In this document: one piece after another, positions 12,549-24,468 of the stretch | Position numbering within the stretch: the stretch's first letter is position 1 | Layout of the letters: the number at the start of each line of letters is the position of its first letter | DNA from: Octopus bimaculoides | Taxonomy: Eukaryota | Direction: 5' to 3' | Length of the DNA stretch: 62,234 nt | Assembly: GCF_001194135.2 (NCBI RefSeq) | Contig: NC_068983.1 | Location: 30,372,140 to 30,434,373 of the forward strand | Position numbers and translations under genes: made by a program | The notes under the pieces: generated by a model | What the model saw: only the letters and a program-made list of their open reading frames with translations | Database searches by the model: none | Told to the model about the DNA's origin: nothing

Positions 12549-13578
12549 TAATTTAAAGTAGCGAGACCCGTGAATATTTCACGGAATTAATAATAAACTT
12601 TTTGGATTATTCCTGAAAGGTTATCCCAAAAACCTGAAAGCGTAGCCTGTGATGAGTCTGTATCAAAAGATAATTGCTCATCTGCTATTCATTGAAAAGT
12701 GAAGGAAATTGGAATACCATGATTGCTTAATGCACTNNNNNNNNNNNNNNNNNNNNNNNNNNNNNNNNNNNNNNNNNNNNNNNNNNNNNNNNNNNNNNNN
12801 NNNNNNNNNNNNNNNNNNNNNNNNNNNNNNNNNNNNNNNNNNNNNNNNNNNNNNNNNNNNNNNNNNNNNNNNNNNNNNNNNNNNNNNNNNNNNNNNNNNN
12901 NNNNNNNNNNNNNNNNNNNNNNNNNNNNNNNNNNNNNNNNNNNNNNNNNNNNNNNNNNNNNNNNNNNNNNNNNNNNNNNNNNNNNNNNNNNNNNNNNNNN
13001 NNNNNNNNNNNNNNNNNNNNNNNNNNNNNNNNNNNNNNNNNNNNNNNNNNNNNNNNNNNNNNNNNNNNNNNNNNNNNNNNNNNNNNNNNNNNNNNNNNNN
13101 NNNNNNNNNNNNNNNNNNNNNNNNNNNNNNNNNNNNNNNNNNNNNNNNNNNNNNNNNNNNNNNNNNNNNNNNNNNNNNNNNNNNNNNNNNNNNNNNNNNN
13201 NNNNNNNNNNNNNNNNNNNNNNNNNNNNNNNNNNNNNNNNNNNNNNNNNNNNNNNNNNNNNNNNNNNNNNNNNNNNNNNNNNNNNNNNNNNNNNNNNNNN
13301 NNNNNNNNNNNNNNNNNNNNNNNNNNNNNNNNNNNNNNNNNNNNNNNNNNNNNNNNNNNNNNNNNNNNNNNNNNNNNNNNNNNNNNNNNNNNNNNNNNNN
13401 NNNNNNNNNNNNNNNNNNNNNNNNNNNNNNNNNNNNNNNNNNNNNNNNNNNNNNNNNNNNNNNNNNNNNNNNNNNNNNNNNNNNNNNNNNNNNNNNNNNN
13501 NNNNNNNNNNNNNNNNNNNNNNNNNNNNNNNNNNNNNNNNNNNNNNNNNNNNNNNNNNNNNNNNNNNNNNNNNNNNNA

Positions 13579-14090
13579 GCCTTCGCTTCTCTCAAGCAAA
13601 ACGATGGGTCTTGGTCGGGCCACTTTTCAATACTGAATTCGTCGAGGGGGAAGGAATTCACCACCGTACTTATGTGACTACCCGACACGACCTCTGCAGT
13701 CACCTGCAGAGGCCAGTCCGGATCCTTAGTACAGGTGAGGACTCCCGCTCTCCGACGCTTCCTTTTATTCACAAATTTCTGCAGGGCCCCTCCCTTTCGG
13801 AATAGGATTAGCCAATCCTTTTCCTCACAGGATGAGCCCGCAGCTTCTACTGTCGGCGGCACAATTCCCGCCGACCTGCTTTCCTCCGTTGGTGGCACAA
13901 TTCCCACCAACGGAGTGTCGGGACACGCAGGTGGTGCACTATCGAGCACTGGCCGTGCCTCGTTCTTTTCGTTTTTCTTTTTCTTTGGGGTCACTGGAGT
14001 AGGGCGTACTTCCGCCTTTGCCAGAAGGTCCTCCTCCTCCCCCACGATTTTCGGTGGGCAACGATTGTTGCCCACCTTCTTCGAGTAAGA
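13579..14090 (-). mobile_element. GC-rich LINE ORF1-like fragment (probably Tx1 clade)
   Basis: An open frame of about 170 codons, Pro/Lys/Glu-rich (EEEDLLAKAEVRPTPVTPKKKK...), in a GC-rich block unlike its flanks and near a Tx1-type endonuclease fragment. Family assignment is inference. Confidence 0.45.
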
Positions 14091-14565
14091 TAGGAGACAC
14101 ACTGCCAATTTATTAGTAAATGTATTATTAATGGTCACAGAAAAAAATGTTTCTGGCGGAAAAAAGATAAAAAGACTGAGCAAAATCTTTTATTAGTCAA
14201 AGACCATTTACCATGATATTTCAAGGGAATCTGTATATGGGATAGTCTGATGATTCCATGGAATGTTATGGAAAGTGGAAACAAGATTACAAAACATTAG
14301 GAGATACGAAAGAGATACGGAGACATTGAAAAAATCTTATTTACCGAAATAACGTATTTATTTGTGCATAATGAGGGAAATTTAATACAAAACATCAAGG
14401 TCAAAATTTGACGAGAGTAAGGAAAAACAGATAAGATAAAATATATTACTGGATTTTAGGTACAAAACATGGAAGTCACATTATGATTTGAGATAACACT
14501 GTGCTTGAGTAGGTTTTAAGAAGTAATAAATTGAAAAAATCTCTTCACCACTATTAGCATCCCGT

Positions 14566-14599
<34 letters not shown>

Positions 14600-14764
14600 T
14601 GCGTGCGCATGTGCATATATGTGTATATGTGCGCAATCGTATTTAACACGTTCGTTTCGTGTACACTTGGACCTGAAAAGACCGTTCACTACAGAAACAG
14701 TCTCGGAGAAAATTCTCCTTATAGCCAATGATGTGTGAAACTGAAATGTGGACAACACATGTTA

Positions 14765-15520
14765 TCCCTATCTACAGGTTTATTGAAAACTCTATTTAGA
14801 TGCAATCTGGATTACCCAATGCAGTTTGTCCAAGTCCACATTTCACATTCGGGAAATCCAGTTTGGTCTTATCAGACAGTACGAAGCCTCTGTGCAAGTT
14901 TGTGAGGCTTTTGCACATCCTCTCCTAACGGATAGCTCACACAGTCCAGTCGTGCATTTAAGATACTGTTCCAATCTCTCAATAGGCACTAAAAAGCGTG
15001 GCTTCCCCATTAAACACTCTAGATAGCTAAAGAAATCCGGTTGCCCGGCCCCTGTTAGGCTGTACATGGCTACGAGTCTGAATATATGGCCTTTCTTACA
15101 AGTCCAATACCACCAATTATCCTCTGTGTCCAAAAAGATTGTCCGTATTGCAAAATAAAGATCTTTCTGAAACAACACAGTAACTCTGCCTAAATGCCGG
15201 TCGACATAAGTAGAACTCGTATCCACCGAAAATGTATCCAAGGGTTTGTGGGTAGGAAAATCTAGTTTTGCTGATGACCACCACATCTATGTTTAATAAA
15301 CTGAGATCGTTGAGTAGATAGTCCTGCTTCCTAGGTGACCCTAGGCCATATGTATTCATACTGTCTATTCTGAGCGAGGTCATGTTCATGAAGATAAGGA
15401 AGTTAAAAGTAGCCACTTAGAACAATTTTGTTGGTAAGGGTGACAGATGTTCCGTCCCACAGGTGTTACATGTTGGTGTTTCTACAAGGAGTTCATAATA
15501 GGTTTTGTAGATGTTCCCTC
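14765..15520 (-). mobile_element. Decayed Tx1/L1-clade LINE: ORF1 end and APE endonuclease
   Basis: MNTYGLGSPRKQDYLLNDL...DVVVISKTR; GRVTVLF; FRLVAMYS..GAGQPDFF; TWTNCIG*SRLHLNRV (APE motifs). Confidence 0.8.
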
Positions 15521-15864
15521 TGCAGTCTCCTATTTCTCTGAGGTATTTGTTTTTTTTTTATGGCGTTGTATATGTTTTGTGTTGTTTGGATAATTTTAAT
15601 GTGTGTTGTTTGTTAGTGTGATGAACTCGCTCTGAGTGATGTCTGTGTATTGGTTTATGTATTCCTTTAGTGTTTTGTTGTTCGTGTTTATAGCAGTGAA
15701 GTTTATGTTTCTTTATTGTTGTTGCTTCTGGTTTGCGGGTATCTTGGGATTCACTGGTGTTTGTGCTCTTGGTTATGTCTGTAGTGATGATGGTGATTAT
15801 GATGAACATAATGGTGTTGTTGTATTGGTGTTGTTATTGGAGATGGTGTGTTGCTGTTGTTGAC

Positions 15865-16061
15865 AGGTTCTATTCGTTCAAGGGGAGCAAATTGAAGTCG
15901 ATTTATCAACCTTGGTATTTGGCTGGTACTTTATTTTATCGACCCCGAAAGGATGAAGGGAAAAGTTGACTTCCGCGGCATTTGAACTTAGAACGAAAAG
16001 GCAGACGAAATGTCGTTAAACATTTTGCCCGGCGTGATAACGATTCTACCAGCTCGCCACC

Positions 16062-16062
<1 letters not shown>
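15865..16062 (-). mobile_element. SINE family B next to an (AAT)n array (16063-16118)
   Basis: Reverse complement of ggtggcgagctggtagaatcgttatcacgccgggc...tttcatcctttcggggtcgataaaataaagtacc. Confidence 0.85.
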
Positions 16063-16119
<57 letters not shown>

Positions 16120-16667
16120 TATATCCTTTACTGCACTCAAATGTTTCTTTTGTTGAGAAGAGCGAAACATAAACCAAAACATAGATAAAGATAAGTCAAA
16201 ATAGATGATTATATAGAAGTTGAAGTAATTACTTTGGCAAAGAGCAGATTCCCAAGAAACGGAAATAGAAACACTAAAAGAATTAATAGAAGTTTCGCTT
16301 CTAAAGCAAAATCTATTTTGTAAGATGATTTGATTTTGATAATATGGAAAAAGATTAGCCATAATTCGAAAACAAAATGGAATTTAGCAGAACTTATAGG
16401 TAGTTGAACTTCGGTGCAAGAAAATGAATATGTATTCTATTTGTAGAAGTGACTTACATAATATGGTGTTTTACAATAATCAAGAAAACTAAGAAACTGT
16501 GAACGTTGTTCTCAGCACTGTCTGAGAGGTTTAGTCTTGAGCATTCTGTCTCTTTTTAAATTACATTAAATGCTACTTAAAATTTTTAGATTTCTTGAAT
16601 GTGATGCAATTAGGAACAAACTTCACAAACATTTATACATGAATATACAATGATTATTACTGTAATC

Positions 16668-16970
16668 GTGGAGGTACATGGCCTAGTGGTTATAGCAGCG
16701 GACTCGCAGCCGAAGGATCGCGGGTTCAAATCTCAGACCGGGCGATGTGTGTGTTTATATGCGAAGCACCGAAGCTCCACGCGGCTCCGGCAGAAGGTAA
16801 TGGCGAACTTCTGCTGACTCTTTCACCACAACTTTCTCTCACTCTTTCCTCCTGCATCTAGCAGCTAACCTGCGACGGACCGGTGTCCTGTCTAGGTGGG
16901 GAACCTATACACCAATGAAACCGGGAAACCGGCCCTTATGAACCAGGTATGGCTTGAGAAGAAACAAACA
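16668..16970 (+). mobile_element. SINE family C variant (same head and body as C, different 3' tail)
   Basis: tRNA-like head; diverges from C after ctctcactcttt; (CAAA) tail; 12-bp TSD attactgtaatc at 16656-16667 and 16971-16982. Confidence 0.9.
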
Positions 16971-17024
16971 ATTACTGTAATCATTTTTGAGTCTTTAGTA
17001 ATCAAACATATATACAAAAATATA

Positions 17025-17245
17025 CCTGGCAGCGAATTGGTAAGGTTGTTAGTGTCCACATAGTCCACATACCGCTTGATGTTGGTTTTTGACGTTTCCT
17101 TAACTTAGAGGTTCGACAAAAGATTCGAAATCCTAAGTACTAGACTTAATAAAAAGGTACAGGAGTTGTTAAGTTCGACTAAAACCTTTAAGGCGGTGCC
17201 CCATCATAGACGTAGTCCAATGACTGGAACAGAAAGAATAAAAGA
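17025..17245 (+). mobile_element. Degenerate SINE: B-like start, family-A 3' half
   Basis: ggcagcgaattgg...aacttagaggttcgacaaaaga...aaggcggtgccccatcat...aatgactggaacagaaagaataaaaga. Confidence 0.6.
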
Positions 17246-17607
17246 ATACATACACACAAACCTGCGTACATACATGCATATATATACACACATACATACA
17301 CATATACATATACACATACATACAAACATGCATACCTACACACACATACATAGATACAGATAGACAGACAAACGGACGGACAGAGCGACAGACAAACAAA
17401 CAGACATATAATGGGCTTTCACGCTGTTGCAGGCAACTAAATTCCATTCTCAACGTATCAGTGAACAAGAAGTTATGGTTGACGATACTTAACCGAAGTG
17501 CTGCTTAGTGACATTGGAATTGGAACCATGCTGTTGCGAAAGGAACTTCTTAACCACACAGTTAAATAGCTCTATGCAACTGAGCTTGTTTTAATAACGA
17601 GAACTTA

Positions 17608-17810
17608 ACGTAACGAGCTTGCAGAATCGTTAGCACACGGGACAAAATGCTTCGAGCATTTCCTCCGGCTTTACGTTTTGATTTCAAATTCCTCTGAAAT
17701 CTACTTTGCCTATTATCATTTTGTGGTCAATAAAATAAACACCAGTTGAGCACTAAGGTTGATGCAACCAAATAACCCCCACCTTACAAATTTAAGGCCT
17801 TTTGCTTACA
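17608..17810 (+). mobile_element. SINE family B, degenerate
   Basis: cgagcttgcagaatcgttagcacacgggacaaaatgc...ttcaaattcc. Confidence 0.75.
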
Positions 17811-17826
17811 GTATAATGTGTTTAAT

Positions 17827-18461
17827 GGAGGTGCAATGGCCCAGTGGTTGGGGCAGCGGACTCGCGGTCATAGGATCGCGGTTTCGATTTCCAGACCGGG
17901 CGTTGTGAGTGTTCATTGAGCGAAAACACCTAAAGCTCCACGAGGCTCCGGCAGGGGATGGTGGCGAACCCTGTTGTACTCTTCCACCACAACTTTCTCT
18001 CACTCTTACTTCCTGTTTCTGTTGTACCTGTAATTCAAAGGGCCAGCCTTATCACACTGTGTCACGCTGAATATCCCCGAGAACTACGTTAAGAGTACAC
18101 GTGTCTGTGGAGTGCTCAGCCACTTGCACGTTAATTTCACGNNNNNNNNNNTGTGAGTGTTCATTGAGCGAAAACACCTAAAGCTCCACGAGGCTCCGGC
18201 AGGGGATGGTGGCGAACCCTGTTGTACTCTTCCACCACAACTTTCTCTCACTCTTACTTCCTGTTTCTGTTGTACCTGTAATTCAAAGGGCCAGCCTTAT
18301 CACACTGTGTCACGCTGAATATCCCCGAGAACTACGTTAAGAGTACACGTGTCTGTGGAGTGCTCAGCCACTTGCACGTTAATTTCACGAGCAGGCTATT
18401 CCGTTGATCGGGTCATCTGGAACCCTCGACGTCGTAAGCGACGGAGTGCCAACAACAACAA
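17827..18461 (+). mobile_element. SINE family C (one copy, internally duplicated across a 10-N gap)
   Basis: tRNA-like head at 17827 and (AAC)n tail; 17905-18141 is identical to 18152-18388. Confidence 0.9.
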
Positions 18462-18919
18462 TGTATTTGATAATGAGAATTTAATATTTCAACTTCTAAA
18501 GATTAAAATTGCTGTTTAGCTTATGAGCTGTATGAAATAATAGGTCATTACAGACCTCATTGCATGACACGATTCAAATGAAGATATTTGATATTAGTAT
18601 TTATAAAAATGAATCCTTGAAAAAGCAGTGAGTTAACTTGTAAAAACGAAAGAAATATTTAGTAAGGTGAGATGATGGGTTCGTTATGGTATTAATTTAT
18701 CACTTGATATGCTTTTAAGTTATGCATATCGTGCATAAGTAGTAGATTTGAGGTTTTCACTAATAGATCTGCATTCTGTAGCCTTTTTTTTATATTCATG
18801 TCTAGGGGCCTTCATTTTGAGTATGATCACTACTGACTATCGCAAAAGTAAATAACCTACTCTGTATTTTGTTACATGATATTTTAATCATATTTGAACT
18901 TGTACAGCGTCCGTATTGC

Positions 18920-19238
18920 AGCGTATACATGGTGGTTGTCTACTCCTTAAACAGAGTTTGACCACCTCCTGCACCTACACCTTAGCCCTTTCATGGCGTC
19001 TGATGTGGCTTTTTAAACCAGACAGTGTTTTGAAAAAACACCCACACAGATTGCACCTCTGATTTCCACTACCAATACCTGCAAGTAAGTTCTGCTCATT
19101 GTGGATCCTAACATGTCTTTTAAGACCCCCATTGGATTTGCAAACCCTCTGGCACACACCACATTCAAACGTGTGCACAGACATATAATCAGAATAGCTG
19201 GGTGAGGTTTGTTTTCCATGGGTTCGCAGGTGAGATTT
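18920..19238 (-). mobile_element. 3' end of a probable RTE LINE with tandem C2H2 zinc fingers
   Basis: HLRTH...FECGVCQRVCKSNGGLKRHVRIH...RCNLCGCFFKTLSGLKSHIRRHERAKV*, followed by a short 3' tail. A host zinc-finger exon is not excluded. Confidence 0.6.
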
Positions 19239-19369
19239 NNNNNNNNNNNNNNNNNNNNNNNNNNNNNNNNNNNNNNNNNNNNNNNNNNNNNNNNNNNNNN
19301 NNNNNNNNNNNNNNNNNNNNNNNNNNNNNNNNNNNNNNNNNNNNNNNNNNTATATATATATGCATATAT

Positions 19370-19535
19370 AGGTACAGGACATCACCAACTGTGTAAACAA
19401 CATGAAATACGTAAACAAACGAGTTAAATACGTAAACAACGAGAGAAAAAAATGGTAAACAGGACAAGTAAACACAGAAATACGACTCTTCATCAGTTGT
19501 CGGCTGTCTATCTATTCCTCATTTCGAGCATCGTT
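19370..19535. mobile_element. Second copy of the repeat terminus at 7345-7495
   Basis: Alignable by eye over about 150 nt. Confidence 0.6.
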
Positions 19536-20319
19536 ATATATATACACACATATATATATTATTTATTATTATTATTTAATTGAACGCTACGCATCCATTT
19601 CCAAGTATACACACATACACACACACACACGCGTGTGTGTTTGCAAATGCGTTTGCATTCAACAGTGCTTAGTTTGCGATAAAGCACATTTGTCATAATA
19701 AAGAGTGCAATTGGTAATACGTGAGAATATTCGGAAGCTAATCCCTTCTTATGGCTAGTGGTATAAACTGAGGTTTTCTTTGGCGCTAGAACAGATTTCA
19801 CTTTCATTCGTAAGACGAGCTAAAATTTCCGTTACATAAACCATTCCGGTAATTCAAATGTTACTGTTGTTTTAGGTGCTCTTATCGCAACTAACGATAG
19901 CCATATAGATTGTAGCATGAAATTTTTTGAAAAATCAAGCCCCGATAAAGTTTCAGCTAAACGTTGATTATATGTGAGGAAACATCCGGTCGCAGAAAAC
20001 TTCTGAGTAAAATGCTATTGAGGTAGTGTTGATTGCATTCGAAAAATTCGAATTTGTTTCTACCATTTTCTGACCTCTGTAATGTCACAGACACTGTGGG
20101 ATCCCTTTCAACTTCGGTAGTGCCATTTTTAAATATGGTGCCTCAACTTTCGATTTAAGTGGTACCACCTTCTTAAATGAAACAAGTGGCACATTATATC
20201 ACGTTTACTGTAGAAATTAGCTTGACTTTAGATTGTATAATTCATTGAAAGTTGTAGATTATTGAAATGGGCTAACACACAAAGTCACACACTCACATAG
20301 TTATATACATATATAAATG

Positions 20320-20484
20320 CACAACGGGCTTTCAGTTTCCGTCTACTAAATCCACTCACAAGGCTTTGGTCGGCCCGAGGTTTTAGTAGAAGACGCTTAC
20401 CCAAGGTGTCATGCAGTGGGAATGAACCTGGAACTGTGTGGTTGGGAAGTAAACTTCTTACCACACAGTCACGCCTGCGCCTAT
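20320..20484 (-). mobile_element. SINE family A, 5' half (tRNA-like head)
   Basis: Reverse complement of ataggcgcaggcgtgactgtgtggtaagaagt...ggttcattcccactgc...ccttgggtaagcgtcttctact...gatttagtagacggaaactgaaag. Confidence 0.85.
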
Positions 20485-20674
20485 CTGTAAAACTCTGTTC
20501 ATATATAAATTAGTTCATATATAAATTATAAATAAAAACCTTGAACCATACAACTTCAAATCTTCTCTGTTCACGTTTTGAGGACAATAAGGTCCACTGA
20601 TTGATCGATGGACACAACTTTTTCAGAATAATCAAACATTTGATCAATAAGCAAATTGAAGAAACGAGTCAACG

Positions 20675-20925
20675 AGGGAGCCTCTACGCAGCCGCTCAAC
20701 CTGTCAGAAACAACAGCCATATTCTCTGCAAATTCATCTTATCAGTTAAAAAAAAAAACGGAAGGACAGATTGAATAATGTAATTCTAGATATATTAAGT
20801 GTTAATAAATACATGATGGTCACTTTGGAATTATTTTAATTAAAGGTCTGCTTGAGCAGGGTAGCCCAGGGCCTAAACCATAACAGTCTACAACAGCAAC
20901 AATAACAACAACACCAACAACAGAA
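20675..20925 (+). mobile_element. Unclassified retroposon 3' fragment with a (CAA)n tail
   Basis: gggagcctctacg...ggcctaaaccataac, followed by caacaa repeats; recalled as a common repeat, not verified. Confidence 0.4.
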
Positions 20926-21514
20926 AGTCTACAAAAGTTTCCAAAGCTCTTTAAGAAGAAATTTTACGTAATTTCAAGGAAAATACAAGAACAAAAAAAT
21001 AACTTTTATAGTACAGGCATCTAATAGGCTATCATAAATAATTATCAAGTTAAATGCTTAGAAAATTGTCACTACCTTTAATATATAAAATGGAGTTAAA
21101 TAAACAATATTATAAACAACCCCTCTTGCATGAGGGGTTGTTTATTACGCTTGAGGAACTCAACCAACGATAGTTTCATATAAATTGGTAATAATTTCTA
21201 ACTTTAACGTAAGACTACAAGTATTGGTAAAGGACGGGATTAATTAAAGGAACCACAATAGAAGAATCAGGACATAGCAAAATGAGTGCAGACATGACTG
21301 TTGTCAGAGAATAAGAATTTTACTTCGTAGCTACGAAGTTTCAGGCCCAGTGCCACAGAACAGCATCCCGAGGAAATATTTTCCAAGTTGTATTCTGACA
21401 GCGCTTTGAATTTCCAAGTTCAAAGTGCCGTCAGTTAAAGTTTGTAGATGGAAACTGTGGAATACCAGCTCCCGAAGGACATTCCTGTTTAAAGTGATAA
21501 ACTTAACCCGTCGT

Positions 21515-21680
21515 TAGTGCTGTCTTAACACATGGGCACTGTGTACAGCTGCCCGGGGAACCCACGGGTCTACGGGGTCTAAATATTATATATGTATGCG
21601 GTGGATTACTGTCAATAAATGCTATAAGGCCCAGCGCATTCATCTGTCTAGGGGCCCATCATGCTGCAGTGACGACCCTC
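21515..21680. mobile_element. Degenerate hAT-like MITE
   Basis: Left tagtgctgtcttaac and right gcagtgacgaccctc resemble CAGGGCCGTCTTAAC-type TIRs; subterminal gcccgggg / taggggccc. Confidence 0.5.
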
Positions 21681-23059
21681 TCCGTCGCCCGATTTAGCGC
21701 CATTATCTGACCCAAGGGTAACTTTAGCGGAATCACTTCTATTGTAAGCGTTCGGGCTAGATTTTCGGTCACTCAGCTTCCGTCCTTCCGACATTGTCGG
21801 AGGCTCTGGAAAGTGTTAAGGGTGCTTGCCTTGCGTCTTTGACACCTCTATTAAAAAAAAAAAAAAAAAAAGAACTGGAAAGAAAAAAGAAACACTCAAT
21901 AGTATTTTGAATGGGGCTCTACATGTTCTGCCAATCCACATTATGAAATGTAATTACAAAATATTTATCTTAAAGCTATGCAGCATGAGTATCAACAAAC
22001 TTCCTCATATCATATTCACTGTTTCATCAGTCGAAACTGGAGCAAAAATGAATTAATATACAAATGAATAAATAAATAAATCTACGAGCGTGTATAATCA
22101 GACTACTTGACAGATGGAACCCAACGATATTCTATGAAAGTATGTTGGCGCGAAAGAATTTTAAGTAATTATCATAGCATTCAAAGAATCATCTCTAAGC
22201 TTGTATTCACGGTACAAGACGACCAATTTAAGTGGTACATGGTTGTAGTTGTAGAATAATAATTTATTTATATTTGGTATATTTGATATTGTCGATGAAA
22301 TAGTGGGTTCAAAAGAGTTTGAATGTATACAAATTATATTCCCTTTGAAGGCACACGCACACAAATAAATATATATTCATATATATATATATATAGTTAC
22401 ATATGTATAATATATACTTTGTATATATGTATATACATCTGTATGTGTGCGAGTGTGTGTGTGTGTACATATATACGCACATGCACACATATGGTTATAT
22501 GTATGTGTATTAACCAAGTCGATGTGGTTGTGAAAGCGTGGAATGTGAAAGAAAGGGAATTGTCTGAAGCAGGGTAACAGTGTGAGTACTGCAAATGTTT
22601 CTACCATAACAAAATCTGAAGTATTCACCGTAAGCTGACGTACCATTCGTTAATTTTATGTTGCCCCCTTTGTGTTCTGCCACAAGATTAATTTTTTCTC
22701 TATCCTTTCGCAACGGATATTCTTTCTTAACTTTGTTTAGTATAACTGAAAAAGGGTTCCGTACTATTAGATTCCCCTCCTAATCTGTTTATTTGCTGAT
22801 CTTTCCTGTCCAGATGTTCACTTTGTCCACCATTTTTGCATTGCATTTTCTAGATCTAATCAACTCTTCTCCTAAAAGTGAGACTTTCTATAACCAATCC
22901 ACACTATGTATATTTGTTATTGTCTTTCAGCAATTAAAAAAAAAACATCTTATCGATCATTAATTCGTCTTTTGCTTCCTTTCTCTTTGTTTGACAGTTT
23001 TTCTGTTCATCATGTATTTAGATGTTTCTCGTATATATGTTAGCATTCTTCAGTTTTGT

Positions 23060-23460
23060 ATTTGGTTTACAAGATTCTTGATGTAAACTTGTGCGTTGAA
23101 ACATAGTTTTTTGTATCCCGGGAAGGTCATTATGCCAATAACAAACACACGCACTGGCTCTATTTCACATCTTTTATTATCATTATTTACTTGGTTCAGA
23201 TCTGAAGCAGATCTGGAGTAGAGAGGACATGTCACTGACGAGGTCGCTAGTGGCGACGAAAGGAAGCTTTACTTCTTGGACTCATATCTTTGTGCGCAGC
23301 GAGGTTGTTAAACCTCCGCTAACAACACCGTATGCAGGTCCTTTCCGTGCGTTCTTTCACGCACGGATAAATTTTTCACTATAGACCTTAATGGTCGTAA
23401 AGACACTATATCTGTTGATAGACTAAAAAAAAAAGGCCACCATAGAGAAAACTGTTCCTG
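23060..23460 (+). mobile_element. Gypsy LTR-retrotransposon integrase C-terminal remnant
   Basis: WTHIFVRSEVVKPPLTTPYAGPF (GPY/F motif), then after a frameshift TDKFFTIDLNGRKDTISVDRLKK. Best supported at 23277-23450. Confidence 0.75.
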
Positions 23461-24252
23461 TTCCCACTGCAGACGACACACACACACACACACACAGCAT
23501 TACAAACACGGCCCGCACATCCATCTTCACACGCCATGACTACCATTGGGATCGATCAGGTACCGGACAAGGATTCTGGATTATTTTTTCCGTTTTTTTT
23601 ACTTACTTTTTGAGAGCAGTCGGGTTCATTTTTAGTATTCTCGTTTGTGAGAGCAGTCGAGATTATTTCAGATATTCTCATTTTAAAAATCATCTCNNNN
23701 NNNNNNNNNNNNNNNNNNNNNNNNNNNNNNNNNNNNNNNNNNNNNNNNNNNNNNNNNNNNNNNNNNNNNNNNNNNNNNNNNNNNNNNNNNNNNNNNNNNN
23801 NNNNNNNNNNNNNNNNNNNNNNNNNNNNNNNNNNNNNNNNNNNNNNNNNNNNNNNNNNNNNNNNNNNNNNNNNNNNNNNNNNNNNNNNNNNNNNNNNNNN
23901 NNNNNNNNNNNNNNNNNNNNNNNNNNNNNNNNNNNNNNNNNNNNNNNNNNNNNNNNNNNNNNNNNNNNNNNNNNNNNNNNNNNNNNNNNNNNNNNNNNNN
24001 NNNNNNNNNNNNNNNNNNNNNNNNNNNNNNNNNNNNNNNNNNNNNNNNNNNNNNNNNNNNNNNNNNNNNNNNNNNNNNNNNNNNNNNNNNNNNNNNNNNN
24101 NNNNNNNNNNNNNNNNNNNNNNNNNNNNNNNNNNNNNNNNNNNNNACCCTATCAAATGCTTTCGACTGATCTAAATTAATTAAGCCCTATCCATGTCACG
24201 GTCTTTACCCAAACTTCCTATGATGTATCACGTGAGGTGGAGAATAATAATG

Positions 24253-24468
24253 GTTTCAAATTTTGGCACAAAGCCAGCAACTTCGCAAGGAGGGAGTAAG
24301 TGGATTGCACCGACCCCAGTACTTGACTGGAATTTTATTTTTCCGATCCTGAAAGGATGAAAGCAAAGTTGACCTCGGCGGAATTTGAACTCAGAACGTA
24401 AGGGCGGACGAAATGCTGCTAGGTATTTTGCCCGGCGTGCTAACGATTCTGCCAGCTCGCCGCCTTCA
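24253..24468 (-). mobile_element. SINE family B, full length (tail type 2)
   Basis: Reverse complement of ggcggcgagctggcagaatcgttagcacgccgggcaaaa...gagttcaaattccgccgaggtc...gctggctttgtgccaaaatttgaaacc. Confidence 0.9.

Noticed and set aside
12678-14183. 501-aa ORF and the other long ORFs containing X runs (for example 33070-35346 and 41107-42211)
   Set aside because: Their length comes from N-gaps; only the LINE-derived portions are real.
14246-14285. CTGATGA...ATGGAAAG as a hammerhead
   Set aside because: The stem II pairing overlaps the GAAA, and there are no stems I or III.
16668-16745. tRNA gene (likewise the heads at 17827, 30907 and 53183)
   Set aside because: No complete cloverleaf; each continues into a repeated SINE body, and some copies have TSDs.
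22510-22713. Short unique-looking ORFs or a possible exon
   Set aside because: No consistent acceptor-frame-donor combination and no recognisable domain.
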